Positions 9,148 through 19,316 of a stretch of DNA of 64,000 nucleotides are shown in pieces. The notes below the pieces were generated by a model. It saw only the letters and a program-made list of their open reading frames with translations, made no database searches and had not been told where the DNA came from. A program made the translations under genes and the position numbers. This stretch comes from an uncultured Gemmatimonadales bacterium (GTDB taxonomy: Bacteria; Gemmatimonadota; Gemmatimonadetes; Gemmatimonadales; GWC2-71-9), in assembly GCA_963795085.1 (NCBI GenBank), contig CAWCFX010000001.1, positions 1,312,001-1,376,000 of the forward strand, given 5' to 3'. Each line of letters opens with the position of its first letter. Position 1 is the stretch's first letter.

Positions 9148-10692
9148 ATGGCAACCGCCGCGACCGCCACCGCCATCCGGCCCAAGCCCACCCTCCGGTT
9201 CTGGGATATCTGGAACATGAGTTTCGGGTTCCTCGGCATCCAGTTCGGGTTTGCACTGCAGAACGCCAATGTCAGCCGGATCTTCGAAACCCTGGGCGCC
9301 AGCGTCGAGAACATCCCGATTCTCTGGATCGCCGCGCCGGTGACAGGGCTGGTCATCCAGCCGATCGTGGGGTATCTCAGCGACCGGACCTGGAACCGGC
9401 TGGGCCGGCGGCGGCCCTATTTCCTGGTGGGCGCGGTGCTGGCCTCGCTGGCCCTGGTGGCGATGCCCAACTCGCCCTCGCTCTGGGTCGCGGCCGGCAT
9501 GCTCTGGATCATGGACGCGTCCATCAATATCTCCATGGAGCCGTTCCGGGCCTTCGTGGGAGACAACCTGCCCTCCTCGCAGCGTACGGCCGGGTTCGCG
9601 ATGCAGAGTTTCTTCATCGGGACCGGCGCGGTGGTGGCGTCCATCCTGCCCTGGCTCCTGACCACCCAGTTCGGGGTCAGCAACGAGGCGCCGCCGCACA
9701 TGATTCCCGACTCGGTCCGCTGGTCGTTCTATCTCGGCGCGGCCATCTTCTTCGTGGCGGTGCTCTGGACCGTGTTCCGCTCCCGGGAGTATTCGCCCGA
9801 GGAGATGGCCCATTTCACGGAGAATGTCGCCCGGGAAGAAACCGTCCGGCCGGTGGGGACTCCGGAGCAGCACGTAGCCTACGGCAAGGGCCAGGTTCGC
9901 CGCGGCTCCATCCTGCTCGTGATCGGCCTGGCGTTCAGTCTCTGGCTGGCCAGCGCGGCTCTCTACCAGGTCATGATCCTGAGCGCCGGGATCGCGGTCG
10001 CGGGCCTGCTCCTCATCCTCAGCGGGTTCCTGCAGCGGGCGGGGCGCTACGACAACGGGTTCGTGACCATCCTGAATGACTTCCAGGACATGCCCCGGAC
10101 CATGCGGCAACTGGCCTGGGTCCAGTTCTTTTCCTGGTTTGCGCTCTTCGCCATGTGGATTTATACCACGGGCGCGGTGACCAGCCATCTCTACGGCACC
10201 TCTGACCCGACCTCTCCGCTGTACAACGAGGGCGCCAACTGGGTGGGCGTGGGTTTCGCCACTTACAACGGCATTGCCGCCCTGGTGGCCTTCGGGATTC
10301 CCGTGCTGGCCCGGCGGACCAGCCGCAAGGCCACTCATGCGATCTGCCTGGTCTGTGGAGCCATCGGGCTGCTCTCGATCTTCGTCATCAGCGACCCGAG
10401 GCACCTGCTCGGCTCCATGATCGGGGTCGGCATCGCCTGGGCCAGCATCCTCTCGATGCCCTACGCGATTCTCTGCGGATCGCTGCCGCCGTCCAAGCTG
10501 GGGTACTACATGGGTGTTTTCAATTTCTTCATCGTCATCCCCCAGATCGTGGCCGCCGTCATCCTGGGCTTCCTGGTCGGCCGGCTGTTCGGCGGCGAGG
10601 CGATCTACGCCCTGCTCATCGGCGGCGTCTCCCTGGTGCTCGCGGCGGTGCTCACCCTGCGGGTCCAGGACGAGGACGAGATCTGCGAATGA
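9148..10692 (+). CDS. MFS maltose/sucrose-type transporter (MalT/SLC45-like)
   Basis: IWNMSFGFLGIQFGFALQNAN, GRRRPYF, WASILSMPYA, YMGVFNFFIVIPQ. Confidence 0.9.
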   Translation: MATAATATAIRPKPTLRFWDIWNMSFGFLGIQFGFALQNANVSRIFETLGASVENIPILWIAAPVTGLVIQPIVGYLSDRTWNRLGRRRPYFLVGAVLASLALVAMPNSPSLWVAAGMLWIMDASINISMEPFRAFVGDNLPSSQRTAGFAMQSFFIGTGAVVASILPWLLTTQFGVSNEAPPHMIPDSVRWSFYLGAAIFFVAVLWTVFRSREYSPEEMAHFTENVAREETVRPVGTPEQHVAYGKGQVRRGSILLVIGLAFSLWLASAALYQVMILSAGIAVAGLLLILSGFLQRAGRYDNGFVTILNDFQDMPRTMRQLAWVQFFSWFALFAMWIYTTGAVTSHLYGTSDPTSPLYNEGANWVGVGFATYNGIAALVAFGIPVLARRTSRKATHAICLVCGAIGLLSIFVISDPRHLLGSMIGVGIAWASILSMPYAILCGSLPPSKLGYYMGVFNFFIVIPQIVAAVILGFLVGRLFGGEAIYALLIGGVSLVLAAVLTLRVQDEDEICE

Positions 10693-12410
10693 CTTTCAAT
10701 CGACTCGTGGTGTTCGCGGCGCTGCTCGCGGCCGGCACCGCCGGGTGCCGGCGGCCGGCCCCTGCGATCGAGAACAGGGTGTACCTCGAATCGGTCCGGG
10801 TGGCGGACCCGGCGCTGTTCTGGAACAGCGCGACGGTGTATTTCCTGCTGACCGATCGCTTTCACAACGGCAATCCCGCCAACGACACCGCCGCGGGCCG
10901 GGCCAAGGACGGGAGGCTGCTTCGGAACTTCGAGGGCGGGGACCTGGCCGGGGTGACCCTGAAGATCGAATCCGGCTATTTCGACAGCCTGGGGGTGGAC
11001 GCCATCTGGCTCACGCCTTTCGTGGAGCAGATCCACAGCAGCGTGGACGAGGGAACCGGCAAGACCTACGGCTACCATGGGTACTGGACCCGCGACTGGA
11101 CGGCAGTCGATCCGGCGCTGGGCACCAGGGACGACCTGCGGCGCATGGTGGACGCGGCCCACCAGCACGGGATCCGGGTGATCATGGACGCGGTGATCAA
11201 CCATACCGGGCCGCCCACCCCGCAGGACCCGGCGTGGCCGGATACCTGGGTGCGCACGGGGCCCAACTGCACGTACCGGGACTACGCCACGACCGTGGAC
11301 TGCACCCTGGTGGCCACCCTCCCCGATATCCGCACCGAACGCGATGAGCCGGTCGAGTTACCGCCGGCCCTGCTCGCCAGGTGGACCGCCGAAGGCCGGC
11401 ACGACCAGGAAGTGGCCGAGCTGGACGCGTTCTTCAAGCGTACGGGCCACCCCCGGGCGCCGCGGTTCTATGTCATCAAGTGGCTGACCGACTGGGTGCG
11501 GGAGTTCGGGTTCGACGGCTACCGGATCGATACCGCCAAGCACTTCGGCGAGACCGTGAGCGCAGAGCTCCGGCAGGAGGCGGTGGAGGCCCTGGCCGAC
11601 TGGCGCAAGGCGCACCCCGCCAAGGTGATCGACCAGCTGCCGTTCTACATGGTGGGCGAGGTGTACGGGTACGGCCTGGGCGGCGGGCGGGGCTACGACT
11701 TCGGGGACAAGCAGGTGGATTTCTTCGGGTTCGGCTATGACGGGCTGATCAACTTCGGGTTCAAGGCCGAGGCGGCCCAGCTTCTCGACAGCGTGTTCAC
11801 CCGGTATGCCGGCGTGCTGGACACTGATCTCCGCGGTGTGTCCATTCTCAATTACATCAGTTCCCACGACGACGGGTCGCCCTATGACCCGGAGCGGAAG
11901 GATCCCTTCGGGGCGGGAACCCGCCTGCTGCTGGCACCCGGCGGCGCCCAGGTGTACTACGGCGATGAACTGGCCCGGCCGCTGCGTATCGAGGGCGCCG
12001 ATGGCGATGCGAATCTCCGGTCCACCATGAACTGGGGAGACCTGGAGAAGGGCGGCATCACGGCCCAGGTGCTGGAGCACTGGCGGAAGGTGGGGCGGTT
12101 CCGGCAGGCACACCCGGCGATCGGCGCCGGCGACCATCACCTGATCCAGGCCGCACCATATGTCTTCAGCCGTACGCTCGCCAATCCGCAGACACCCGCC
12201 CCTGGCGGGCTGGCCGGCCGGGAGCCGCTGCTGGACCGGGTGGTGATCGGGATGGGGCAGGGGACCGGACCCAAGACGATTCCCGTCTCCGGCCAGTTCC
12301 CCGATGGATCGAGGGTCGTGGATGCCTACTCCGGCGTGCGCGGGACCGTGCGGGAGGGGCGGGTCGAGCTGTCCACCCCGTTTGACCTGGTCCTCCTGGA
12401 GATGGAGTAA
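10689..12410 (+). CDS. GH13 alpha-amylase, lipoprotein
   Basis: Lipobox TAGC; YFLLTDRF, GYHGYW, DAVINH; catalytic motifs GYRIDTAKH, VGEVY, SSHD. Confidence 0.9.
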   Translation: MTFNRLVVFAALLAAGTAGCRRPAPAIENRVYLESVRVADPALFWNSATVYFLLTDRFHNGNPANDTAAGRAKDGRLLRNFEGGDLAGVTLKIESGYFDSLGVDAIWLTPFVEQIHSSVDEGTGKTYGYHGYWTRDWTAVDPALGTRDDLRRMVDAAHQHGIRVIMDAVINHTGPPTPQDPAWPDTWVRTGPNCTYRDYATTVDCTLVATLPDIRTERDEPVELPPALLARWTAEGRHDQEVAELDAFFKRTGHPRAPRFYVIKWLTDWVREFGFDGYRIDTAKHFGETVSAELRQEAVEALADWRKAHPAKVIDQLPFYMVGEVYGYGLGGGRGYDFGDKQVDFFGFGYDGLINFGFKAEAAQLLDSVFTRYAGVLDTDLRGVSILNYISSHDDGSPYDPERKDPFGAGTRLLLAPGGAQVYYGDELARPLRIEGADGDANLRSTMNWGDLEKGGITAQVLEHWRKVGRFRQAHPAIGAGDHHLIQAAPYVFSRTLANPQTPAPGGLAGREPLLDRVVIGMGQGTGPKTIPVSGQFPDGSRVVDAYSGVRGTVREGRVELSTPFDLVLLEME

Positions 12411-12442
12411 CGGGAGGGGAAAATAGGAAAGACCGCAAACAG

Positions 12443-12499
12443 GTTCACCGCGGAGACGCATCCCTGCGAGTCCCGGAGCGCCCCGCGCCTTCGGTGAAC
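12443..12499. terminator. Imperfect inverted repeat between convergent genes (terminator or REP-like)
   Basis: GTTCACCG 12443-50 pairs with CGGTGAAC 12492-99, with an imperfect inner extension. Confidence 0.4.
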
Positions 12500-12524
12500 G
12501 TTCCGCGCACTCATCCCACTGCCT

Positions 12525-15500
12525 TCACTCCTTCACATAGATACGGGCAGTCCGCGCCGGCACCCGCAGCCGGAGCTTGCCGTTGGACGTCGCGAGACTG
12601 CCGCCCGCCGGGTAGGCCATCCGGTACCGCCCGCTGGCGTCAACGGCCACGTCCTGCCGGCTCTCCGAGTTATTGAAAACCACGACGGCGCGCTGGTCGC
12701 CGAGAACCCGCTCGTAGGCCCCAACGCTCCGGGCATCGTCGGTCATCAGCCAGCGAACCGACCCGTCCACCATCAGGCGGAGATTGTTTTTCCGGAGCGC
12801 GATCAGTTCCTGGTAGATCCGGAAGAGGGCGGTGTCCGGGGTGACCCGGTCCCGTTTGCGGGGCCGGGCCAGCACGTGCGCGGTCTCGTCGTCGTACCGG
12901 AGGTCGGCCCAGACCAGGGGTTTCCGCATGTCAGGGTCGTCGGCTCCCCACATGCCTACTTCGTCCCCGTTCCATATATGCGGCGCTCCCACCCAGGTGA
13001 ATTGCTGGACCAGGATCATCTCCTGGGTCACCCGGGTTTCGGCGTCGGGTCGGTCGATCCGGTAGTTGGGATCCTCCTGGGGCCGGTTGTGATACTTGAA
13101 CTTGCCGGGGTTATAGATCGACGTGGCGAACCGCGGCGTATCGTGCGAGGCCGTCAGGTTCATCATCGCCCGCTGGTGCGATGAGTCCATGTCGGCGCCC
13201 AGGGAGTCCAGGACGGCCGCATACCCGCCGGGCGTGAGCCGGGGCTCGGTCCGGGCAAAGAAACCGCGGGTGGGCAAGTACCAGCGGTAGTTCATGACCG
13301 CGTCGAACACGTCTCCCTGGAGCCAGGGGCGCGGGTCGTAGATCTTGTCCGGCCATTCCTCGAACCATATCTCGCCCACCAGGTAGGCCTCCGGATTGAT
13401 GCCGCGGACGAATCGCCGGTAGTCCCGCCAGAATCCCAGCGGCACCATCTCGGCCACGTCGAGCCGGAACCCGTCGATCCCGTCGGAAGGATCCCCATCG
13501 CCGTTGGGATCGAGCCAGCGGCGGGTGACGTTGAAGACCAGGTCCCGCACGCCAGGCACCAGGTTGCCCTCGATGGGACCGTGGGTCTTCCCTTCGGGGC
13601 GGCCCACCTTCTTCAACTCCGGCAGCCAGGGGACGCCGGCCCACCCGCGGTACGCGAACTCGCTGGTGTCGGGCGTCGCGGGATCGTCGAAGCGCTGGAT
13701 CTCGTACCAGCCGGCGTAGGGTGAGGCCGCCTGGCGCCGGAGCACGTCCTGCCAGGCCCAGAAAGTGATTCCGGTGTGATTCCAGGAATAATCGACGATC
13801 AGTTTCATGCCCCGGCGGTGCACCTCGCTCACCAGGGCCAGGAAGAGGCTGTCCGCCGCCGTCCAGGTCCAGGTGGCGGGGTTGTCCGGGTCTTCCGCCG
13901 CCATCCGGGCCTCGTCTCCCCGGGGGTCGGGTCCGAAGTTCCGGTCGATATGGCGGTAGTTGCGCGCGTCGAACTTGTGCAGCGACGGGGCGTCGTTGAG
14001 GGGATTGAAGTAGAGCGCGGTGACGCCCAGGCCCTGCAGATAGTCGAGCCGGTCCAGCACGCCCTGGAGATCGCCGCCATAGCGCCGGAACTGGATAGAC
14101 TGGTCGAAGGTCTTGCCCGCCGCGCGGGCCCAGGGCTCGACCGCGTACCAGTCGTGGGACCAGGGCGCCGGTTGCCATCCCGGGGGGGCCGGCTGGTCGG
14201 TGAACCCGATGATGTCGTGAGCGGTAGGATCGTTGGCCGGGTCCCCATTGCGAAAACGCTCGACGAAGATCTGGTACCAGATGGCGTCCTGCGACCAGGC
14301 CGGCACGCCCAGGTTCACCGCGGTCTCCGGCTGGCCATAGAGAAACAGCAGGATGTCGTCGAGCCGCCCCCGCCAGGATGCCTCGCTGTGGGTTGCACCC
14401 TCGTAGCGCCGGATCACGAAGTCACGGCCTTCGCCGCGCCCCTGGGCCAGCAGCCAGGCCCGGACCGAGTCATGGGTAGGACCATACTCGGCGTCGAGCC
14501 CAACGGTGCCATAGTCGAACCAGTACCGGGCCCCCGCGGGCGCACGCAACCCGCCCCGGATGTCCCGGATGATGTACGGCGTCGAGTCCGGGATCGCCGG
14601 CATCGTGCTGTCCCGGAAAACCCGGGCGACCACCGCTTCCGACAGCGGAAAATGGGTCGAGACGCAGCCGCAGGCGCCGAAGGTCTCCGGATGACGGGTG
14701 ACGAGGTAGAATGACAGCAGGCCGCCCATGGACGATCCCATGACGGCGGTGTGCTCCGGCCCGGTGCGGGTTCGAAACTCCCGGTTTACCCGCGGCATGA
14801 GTTCTTCGGTGAGAAACCTGGCATAGTCAGGCGCCCGTCCCCAGGGCGAATACTCCGGCCCCCGCTCGCCGCTGCTCCAGACCCCGACCACGATCACCGG
14901 CGCGATCAGCCCCCGCTCCACCAGCCGCACCACCGACTCATCGACTCCCCAGTCCACCCCCGTATTGGCGATGCGAGGGTCGAAGAGGTTCTGCCCGTCG
15001 TGCATGTAGAGCACGGGATACCGGGTGGTCGAGGAACTGTCGTAGCCCGGTGGCAGCCAGATCTCGACATGCCGGGTGGGCCCCAGGTGGGCCGAGCGCA
15101 CGTCGGTCCAGTAGATGAGCCTGCCCCGGACCCCGGACCCCTGCCAGTCGGCGATGTGGCCGCGGATCGCCGCCGCCGCGGCGGCCTCAGCCTCCCGGCG
15201 CTGGGCGCCGGTCAGTGCGCGCTTGAACGCCGGGACCTCGTGGCTCACCGAGGTATCCCGGTTGACCTGGAGCTGGAAGTTGGGCGGTGTCGCACCGGTC
15301 GCGGTCTGGGCCTCGCGCTCCCAGGACCCGAGCGTGAACTTGTACTCGAAGGCGTAGCCCGGGCTCACCCGGATCCGGGCGGTCCGTTCCCGTCCCCGGC
15401 CCGACATCGCGAGCCCATCGGCGTTCCAGGGACCGAACTGGTCGAGGCTCCCCGTGATATACACCGTGCCGGTGCCAGCGGGGACCCGGACCCGGATGGT

Positions 15501-15620
15501 GGCGGTGCAGCAGGCCGCGTCCTGCTGCAGGGCACGCGCACCGGGCGCCACAGCCAGCAGCGCGCTGAAAATGAGGGGGAAAAGCAGGAGTCGCTCCTTG
15601 CCGATAGTGAACTCGAACAA
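12525..15620 (-). CDS. Secreted fusion: CBM20 + alpha/beta-hydrolase esterase + GH13 neopullulanase/cyclomaltodextrinase-like domain
   Basis: CBM20-like VYITGSLDQFGPW...EYKFTLGSW; esterase YPVLYMHDGQNLF, GSSMGG, HSEASW; GH13 WYQIFVERF, GFRLDVA, VGEIW, TASHD. Confidence 0.85.
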   Translation of the reverse strand: MFEFTIGKERLLLFPLIFSALLAVAPGARALQQDAACCTATIRVRVPAGTGTVYITGSLDQFGPWNADGLAMSGRGRERTARIRVSPGYAFEYKFTLGSWEREAQTATGATPPNFQLQVNRDTSVSHEVPAFKRALTGAQRREAEAAAAAAIRGHIADWQGSGVRGRLIYWTDVRSAHLGPTRHVEIWLPPGYDSSSTTRYPVLYMHDGQNLFDPRIANTGVDWGVDESVVRLVERGLIAPVIVVGVWSSGERGPEYSPWGRAPDYARFLTEELMPRVNREFRTRTGPEHTAVMGSSMGGLLSFYLVTRHPETFGACGCVSTHFPLSEAVVARVFRDSTMPAIPDSTPYIIRDIRGGLRAPAGARYWFDYGTVGLDAEYGPTHDSVRAWLLAQGRGEGRDFVIRRYEGATHSEASWRGRLDDILLFLYGQPETAVNLGVPAWSQDAIWYQIFVERFRNGDPANDPTAHDIIGFTDQPAPPGWQPAPWSHDWYAVEPWARAAGKTFDQSIQFRRYGGDLQGVLDRLDYLQGLGVTALYFNPLNDAPSLHKFDARNYRHIDRNFGPDPRGDEARMAAEDPDNPATWTWTAADSLFLALVSEVHRRGMKLIVDYSWNHTGITFWAWQDVLRRQAASPYAGWYEIQRFDDPATPDTSEFAYRGWAGVPWLPELKKVGRPEGKTHGPIEGNLVPGVRDLVFNVTRRWLDPNGDGDPSDGIDGFRLDVAEMVPLGFWRDYRRFVRGINPEAYLVGEIWFEEWPDKIYDPRPWLQGDVFDAVMNYRWYLPTRGFFARTEPRLTPGGYAAVLDSLGADMDSSHQRAMMNLTASHDTPRFATSIYNPGKFKYHNRPQEDPNYRIDRPDAETRVTQEMILVQQFTWVGAPHIWNGDEVGMWGADDPDMRKPLVWADLRYDDETAHVLARPRKRDRVTPDTALFRIYQELIALRKNNLRLMVDGSVRWLMTDDARSVGAYERVLGDQRAVVVFNNSESRQDVAVDASGRYRMAYPAGGSLATSNGKLRLRVPARTARIYVKE

Positions 15621-15677
15621 TGGCGAGGTTAATCGCCTTTCAGGTCAGGCGTCGAGGTGCTCACTCGTGGCACGACC

Positions 15678-16259
15678 TCAGGGCGCGATCATCTTGGGGG
15701 CGTGCTCGTGAAACGTGTAGGCCCGGTTCGGGCAGCTGACGCTGGGATTGGTGGGACTGAAGGGACCGGCCGGATTGGACTTCCAGAGCCATACGTGGAG
15801 GTCCCAGTGGTGAAATTCGGGCGGCATGATGGGGTGGTGGCCCTCCATGGGACCGTCAAATCCCCGGCCAAACATCCTGGGCTGGTCCTTCTGGACCTTG
15901 GTCGGGACAAACCACTCGGCGGCGACCAGGCGGAGGCTGTCCCCAACCGGCTCGTAAATAAGGACCTGGGGCCGGAGAGAATCCAGCGGCTGGCCGATCA
16001 GGCCGGGATTCAGGAAGTGCACGCCCATGCCGCCGGCAGGATAGGACATCCGGCCGGCGCTGCCGGCCTCGGGAAATGCAACGCAGGCCAGGGTGGAAAA
16101 ATACCCGTCGTGGACGGCCATGATGGGGTCCTGGTACCGGGACAGCGCAGTCTTGATACCCTCCATGCCGGGCGTGGTGGCGGAGCCCCGGTCGGCCTGA
16201 GCAGCCAGCGGGGCCGCGGCGAGGAGACCAAGCAGGGCGAGAGGCAGGCGGCGAATCAT
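15678..16259 (-). CDS. Hypothetical secreted protein with conserved Met/His motifs
   Basis: Signal peptide; GGMGVHF, PQVLIYEP, WDLHVWLWKSNPAGPFSPTNP. Confidence 0.75.
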   Translation of the reverse strand: MIRRLPLALLGLLAAAPLAAQADRGSATTPGMEGIKTALSRYQDPIMAVHDGYFSTLACVAFPEAGSAGRMSYPAGGMGVHFLNPGLIGQPLDSLRPQVLIYEPVGDSLRLVAAEWFVPTKVQKDQPRMFGRGFDGPMEGHHPIMPPEFHHWDLHVWLWKSNPAGPFSPTNPSVSCPNRAYTFHEHAPKMIAP

Positions 16260-16341
16260 GGCGTCTCCACGGGTCTAGAGGTGAATGGGCACCTGGGTTG
16301 GCCCATAATTGTCACTCCGCGAGCGGATGTCAAACTCCGGC

Positions 16342-16692
16342 CTAGAGAACCCGCCGGGGCTGGGCGGTAGCGGGATCGCCGGTGTTGGGTGTCCCGGTGG
16401 GCTCCATCAGGAGAATATGGGTTTCCTCCTCGGCGACGGGCCGGTGGTCCACCCCCGCGGGAACGACGAATACCTCGCCCGGGCCCAGTTCGACCACGCG
16501 GTCCCGGAGTTCGATGCGGAGCCGCCCCTTGAGGACCATGAAGAAATCATCGGTGTCCGGGTGGCTGTGCCAGATGAACTCGCCCTTGACCTTGACCACC
16601 ATGATATCGTGGCCGTTGAACTGCCCGATGGTCCGGGGGGCCCAATGGTCGGAGAAACCGGCGAGCTTGCTGGCGAGATTGATGGACGTCAT
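16342..16692 (-). CDS. Cupin domain protein
   Basis: WHSHPDTDDFF and VVPAGVDHRP cupin motifs. Confidence 0.88.
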   Translation of the reverse strand: MTSINLASKLAGFSDHWAPRTIGQFNGHDIMVVKVKGEFIWHSHPDTDDFFMVLKGRLRIELRDRVVELGPGEVFVVPAGVDHRPVAEEETHILLMEPTGTPNTGDPATAQPRRVL

Positions 16693-16743
16693 GATCTTGC
16701 TCCGGCAGCGGCGGGTAGGGCAATCGCGGTGGCGGTCGGTCGC

Positions 16744-16902
16744 CTAGAGGTATTCGGAACCTACCCGGCGGGCTACATAGATGCCCAGCCCGGTGCCAAC
16801 CGCGCTCAACACGACCGCGGTCATGATGCCGACGAAGGCGCCCAGCCACCAGCCGGCAGCCCCGCCCATGGTGGCACCGACCAGCCAAAGCAGTTTGGTC
16901 AC
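16744..16902 (-). CDS. Small Gly-rich membrane protein
   Basis: 52 aa from GTG 16902, two Gly-rich hydrophobic helices; RBS-like GGAGG absent, so the start is approximate. Confidence 0.6.
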   Translation of the reverse strand: MTKLLWLVGATMGGAAGWWLGAFVGIMTAVVLSAVGTGLGIYVARRVGSEYL

Positions 16903-17066
16903 AACGAGATACCGCCGCCACCGGCGCGAGGCCCGGGGTCGGCAGGCACCCAACAGCTTCCTCGCGTCGGAGACCGGACAGAATCACACTTTCGGGGACC
17001 AGGGCGGGAAGGCACCGGAGGAATCTCGTGCCAGGCAAGGCGGGGGGCAAGCGTGGCCGGCGGGTC

Positions 17067-18407
17067 TCAGCGGGCGGCGTTCGCGACCTCTTCCAGTAGG
17101 GCGTCAAGGTCTGACCGGTCGAGGAACCGGCCTCGGAGGATGACGGCAGACACGTTGCGAACGGCACCAATGTCGTCCAGAGGGTTCGCGCCGAGCAGCA
17201 CGAGGTCCGCCAGCTTCCCGGGCTGGATGGACCCCATTGAATCGGTGGCGCCCAGGAAGATCGCGGCGTTGAGTGTCGCTGTGCGGAGGGCGTCGAGGGC
17301 CGGCAGCCCGGCAGCGGCGAGAAGCGCCATCTCCTCATGCAGGCTGGAACCGGGATAGGAGAATGGCACTCCGGCATCCGACCCAGCCAGCAGGGGAATC
17401 CCGGCCCGGAAGAGCGTGCCGGCCAGCCAGGCCACTTCCTGGTACCGCTCCCGCTTTGCGGTGAAATAGTCGGGCCCGCGGGCCAGCCGCTGGGTGCGGC
17501 TGGTGAGCCAGGCTTCGCGGAGGGCGGCGGGAATGTAGCCGAGACGTGGGTCCATCGCGAGGCTGGAATCGTCGGCGAAAGCTTTCAGCCGGGCCACGGC
17601 CAACGTGGGCACCTGCCAGGTATGCTGCTGCCGGAATGTTTCCATCACGGCAGCGCAGGCCGCCGGGTCGGCCGGAAGACAATACGGTTCGATTTCCTCC
17701 CGCAGGTGTTCGATACTCCGCTGCCCCGCCCGAGCTGCTTCTTCTACCGTGATATCGCCTGGCACATGGCCCGCCACCGACACGCCCACCCTGCTCGCCG
17801 CGTCGAGGACGGCGAAGTAGGCCTCGCGGGAGAGGAGCGTATAGACCTTGATGAAATCGGCCCCGCCGGCCACGAGGGAGTCCACCGCCCTGCGGGCGGC
17901 GGCGGAGTCTCCGATGGCCACCGAGATGTCGGGGTCCACCGGGTGGGCGCCATCCAGCATGGGACCGGCCGCGTAAACCCGGGGCACGCGAGTGGATCCC
18001 GCACGCAGTGAATCGCGGACCGCCTGGAGCACTTCGAGCGTCCCGCCCATGTCGCGGATGCCGGTAACCCCATAGGCGACATAGGCCGGAAGAAAGGTGG
18101 CGATGGCGTCCCCGCTCCACAGGGCATGGGCGTGCATATCCCACAGCCCCGGAATGAGGTACTGGCCGCGCCCGTCAACCCGGCGCGCACCGGGCCCCGG
18201 CGGCATGTCGGCGGGACGGCCCACGGCGACAATGCGATCCTCCCGTATGCCGACCCACGCGTGGCGCCGTAATTCGCCCGCGATGACGTCAACGACGGTA
18301 ATGTCTTCGATGACGAGCGTGAGGGCGGGAGCAGAAGGGGTAGAAGTGGCGCAGGCTCCCAGCGCGACGGCCGCAAGGAGCCAGGCAGGGCCTGCAAAGG
18401 CGGGCAT
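17067..18407 (-). CDS. Amidohydrolase family lipoprotein
   Basis: LIPGLWDMHAH, GADFIKVY, AGSDAG, GKLADLVLLGANPL; lipobox LGAC. Confidence 0.88.
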   Translation of the reverse strand: MPAFAGPAWLLAAVALGACATSTPSAPALTLVIEDITVVDVIAGELRRHAWVGIREDRIVAVGRPADMPPGPGARRVDGRGQYLIPGLWDMHAHALWSGDAIATFLPAYVAYGVTGIRDMGGTLEVLQAVRDSLRAGSTRVPRVYAAGPMLDGAHPVDPDISVAIGDSAAARRAVDSLVAGGADFIKVYTLLSREAYFAVLDAASRVGVSVAGHVPGDITVEEAARAGQRSIEHLREEIEPYCLPADPAACAAVMETFRQQHTWQVPTLAVARLKAFADDSSLAMDPRLGYIPAALREAWLTSRTQRLARGPDYFTAKRERYQEVAWLAGTLFRAGIPLLAGSDAGVPFSYPGSSLHEEMALLAAAGLPALDALRTATLNAAIFLGATDSMGSIQPGKLADLVLLGANPLDDIGAVRNVSAVILRGRFLDRSDLDALLEEVANAAR

Positions 18408-18408
18408 C

Positions 18409-18867
18409 CTAGCGAGGATACTCCCTCCACCGCTCGGTACGAATCAGGGTCCCCACCGCGGCGCCCAGCAGCGCGCCGCCCGCCACGAAGGCGCCCCGAT
18501 AGTACCAGCAGATCTCATCGTAGTTTCCGGAGCCGCTGCAGGCATTGCTGTCGGGACTCAGCAGGATCAGACCGGCGCCGAGCCCGACCCCGGCCCCGAC
18601 CAGGGTGCCGAGCAGGGTGTGTCGGCGCCGCCCGGCGGACACCTCGAGCCTGCTGACCAGTTCCACCGGGACCGTCCGTCGGATGCCTTTGAACTCAAAG
18701 GCCAGCGTATCGGAATCGAGCGACCGGAAAACCCCGGCCTCGCGGTGGATCAAGGGAGGTGCCGTCACCCGGATGCGCTGCCCGGGCACCGGCGCCTGCG
18801 CGCCGGCGGAGGCCGGCAGGGCGGCCAGTCCAAGCAGCAGGATCAACAGGCCTCGGGAACTCGTCAC
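18409..18867 (-). CDS. Hypothetical secreted/membrane protein
   Basis: Signal peptide, SH3-like start GQRIRV, two Gly-rich TM segments, C-terminal ERW. Confidence 0.7.
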   Translation of the reverse strand: MTSSRGLLILLLGLAALPASAGAQAPVPGQRIRVTAPPLIHREAGVFRSLDSDTLAFEFKGIRRTVPVELVSRLEVSAGRRRHTLLGTLVGAGVGLGAGLILLSPDSNACSGSGNYDEICWYYRGAFVAGGALLGAAVGTLIRTERWREYPR

Positions 18868-18887
18868 GCTGCCTCCCTGGGAGTGAC

Positions 18888-19316
18888 CTACCTAATGTCG
18901 AGTGTAAAGTAGTGCGCCTGAAGGATCATGCCCTTCCGCTGGTAGAAGCGGTGGGCGTCGGTCCGGGTCACGTTGGACACCAGGCGAAGATGGTCACATG
19001 CCGCCCGCTTGCCATGGGCTACCAGCCAGTCGAAGAGTTCCCCGCCATATCCGCCGGAGCGATGTCCGGACCCGGTCACCAGGTCTTCGATCTCCAGGTA
19101 CTTGCCGTGGGCCAACCACTCCGAGATGCGGAAACCCGCGACGGCGACGACCGACCCATCGAGAAGATAGGCGAGCCGGAACCCGGTGAGGCCTTCCAGC
19201 CGGCGGCACAGCGGAACGAACTCTCCCTGGACCAGCTGAGGCCGGAGCTCGGCCATGACGGGATAGCAGGCCTGGATCTCGAGGTCGGTTTCGGCCAGCG
19301 CGATCTGCCCGCTCAT
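18888..19316 (-). CDS. GNAT acetyltransferase
   Basis: IEDLVT..HRSGGYG motif A and AHRFYQRKG. Start ATG 19316 overlaps the upstream stop. Confidence 0.88.
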   Translation of the reverse strand: MSGQIALAETDLEIQACYPVMAELRPQLVQGEFVPLCRRLEGLTGFRLAYLLDGSVVAVAGFRISEWLAHGKYLEIEDLVTGSGHRSGGYGGELFDWLVAHGKRAACDHLRLVSNVTRTDAHRFYQRKGMILQAHYFTLDIR

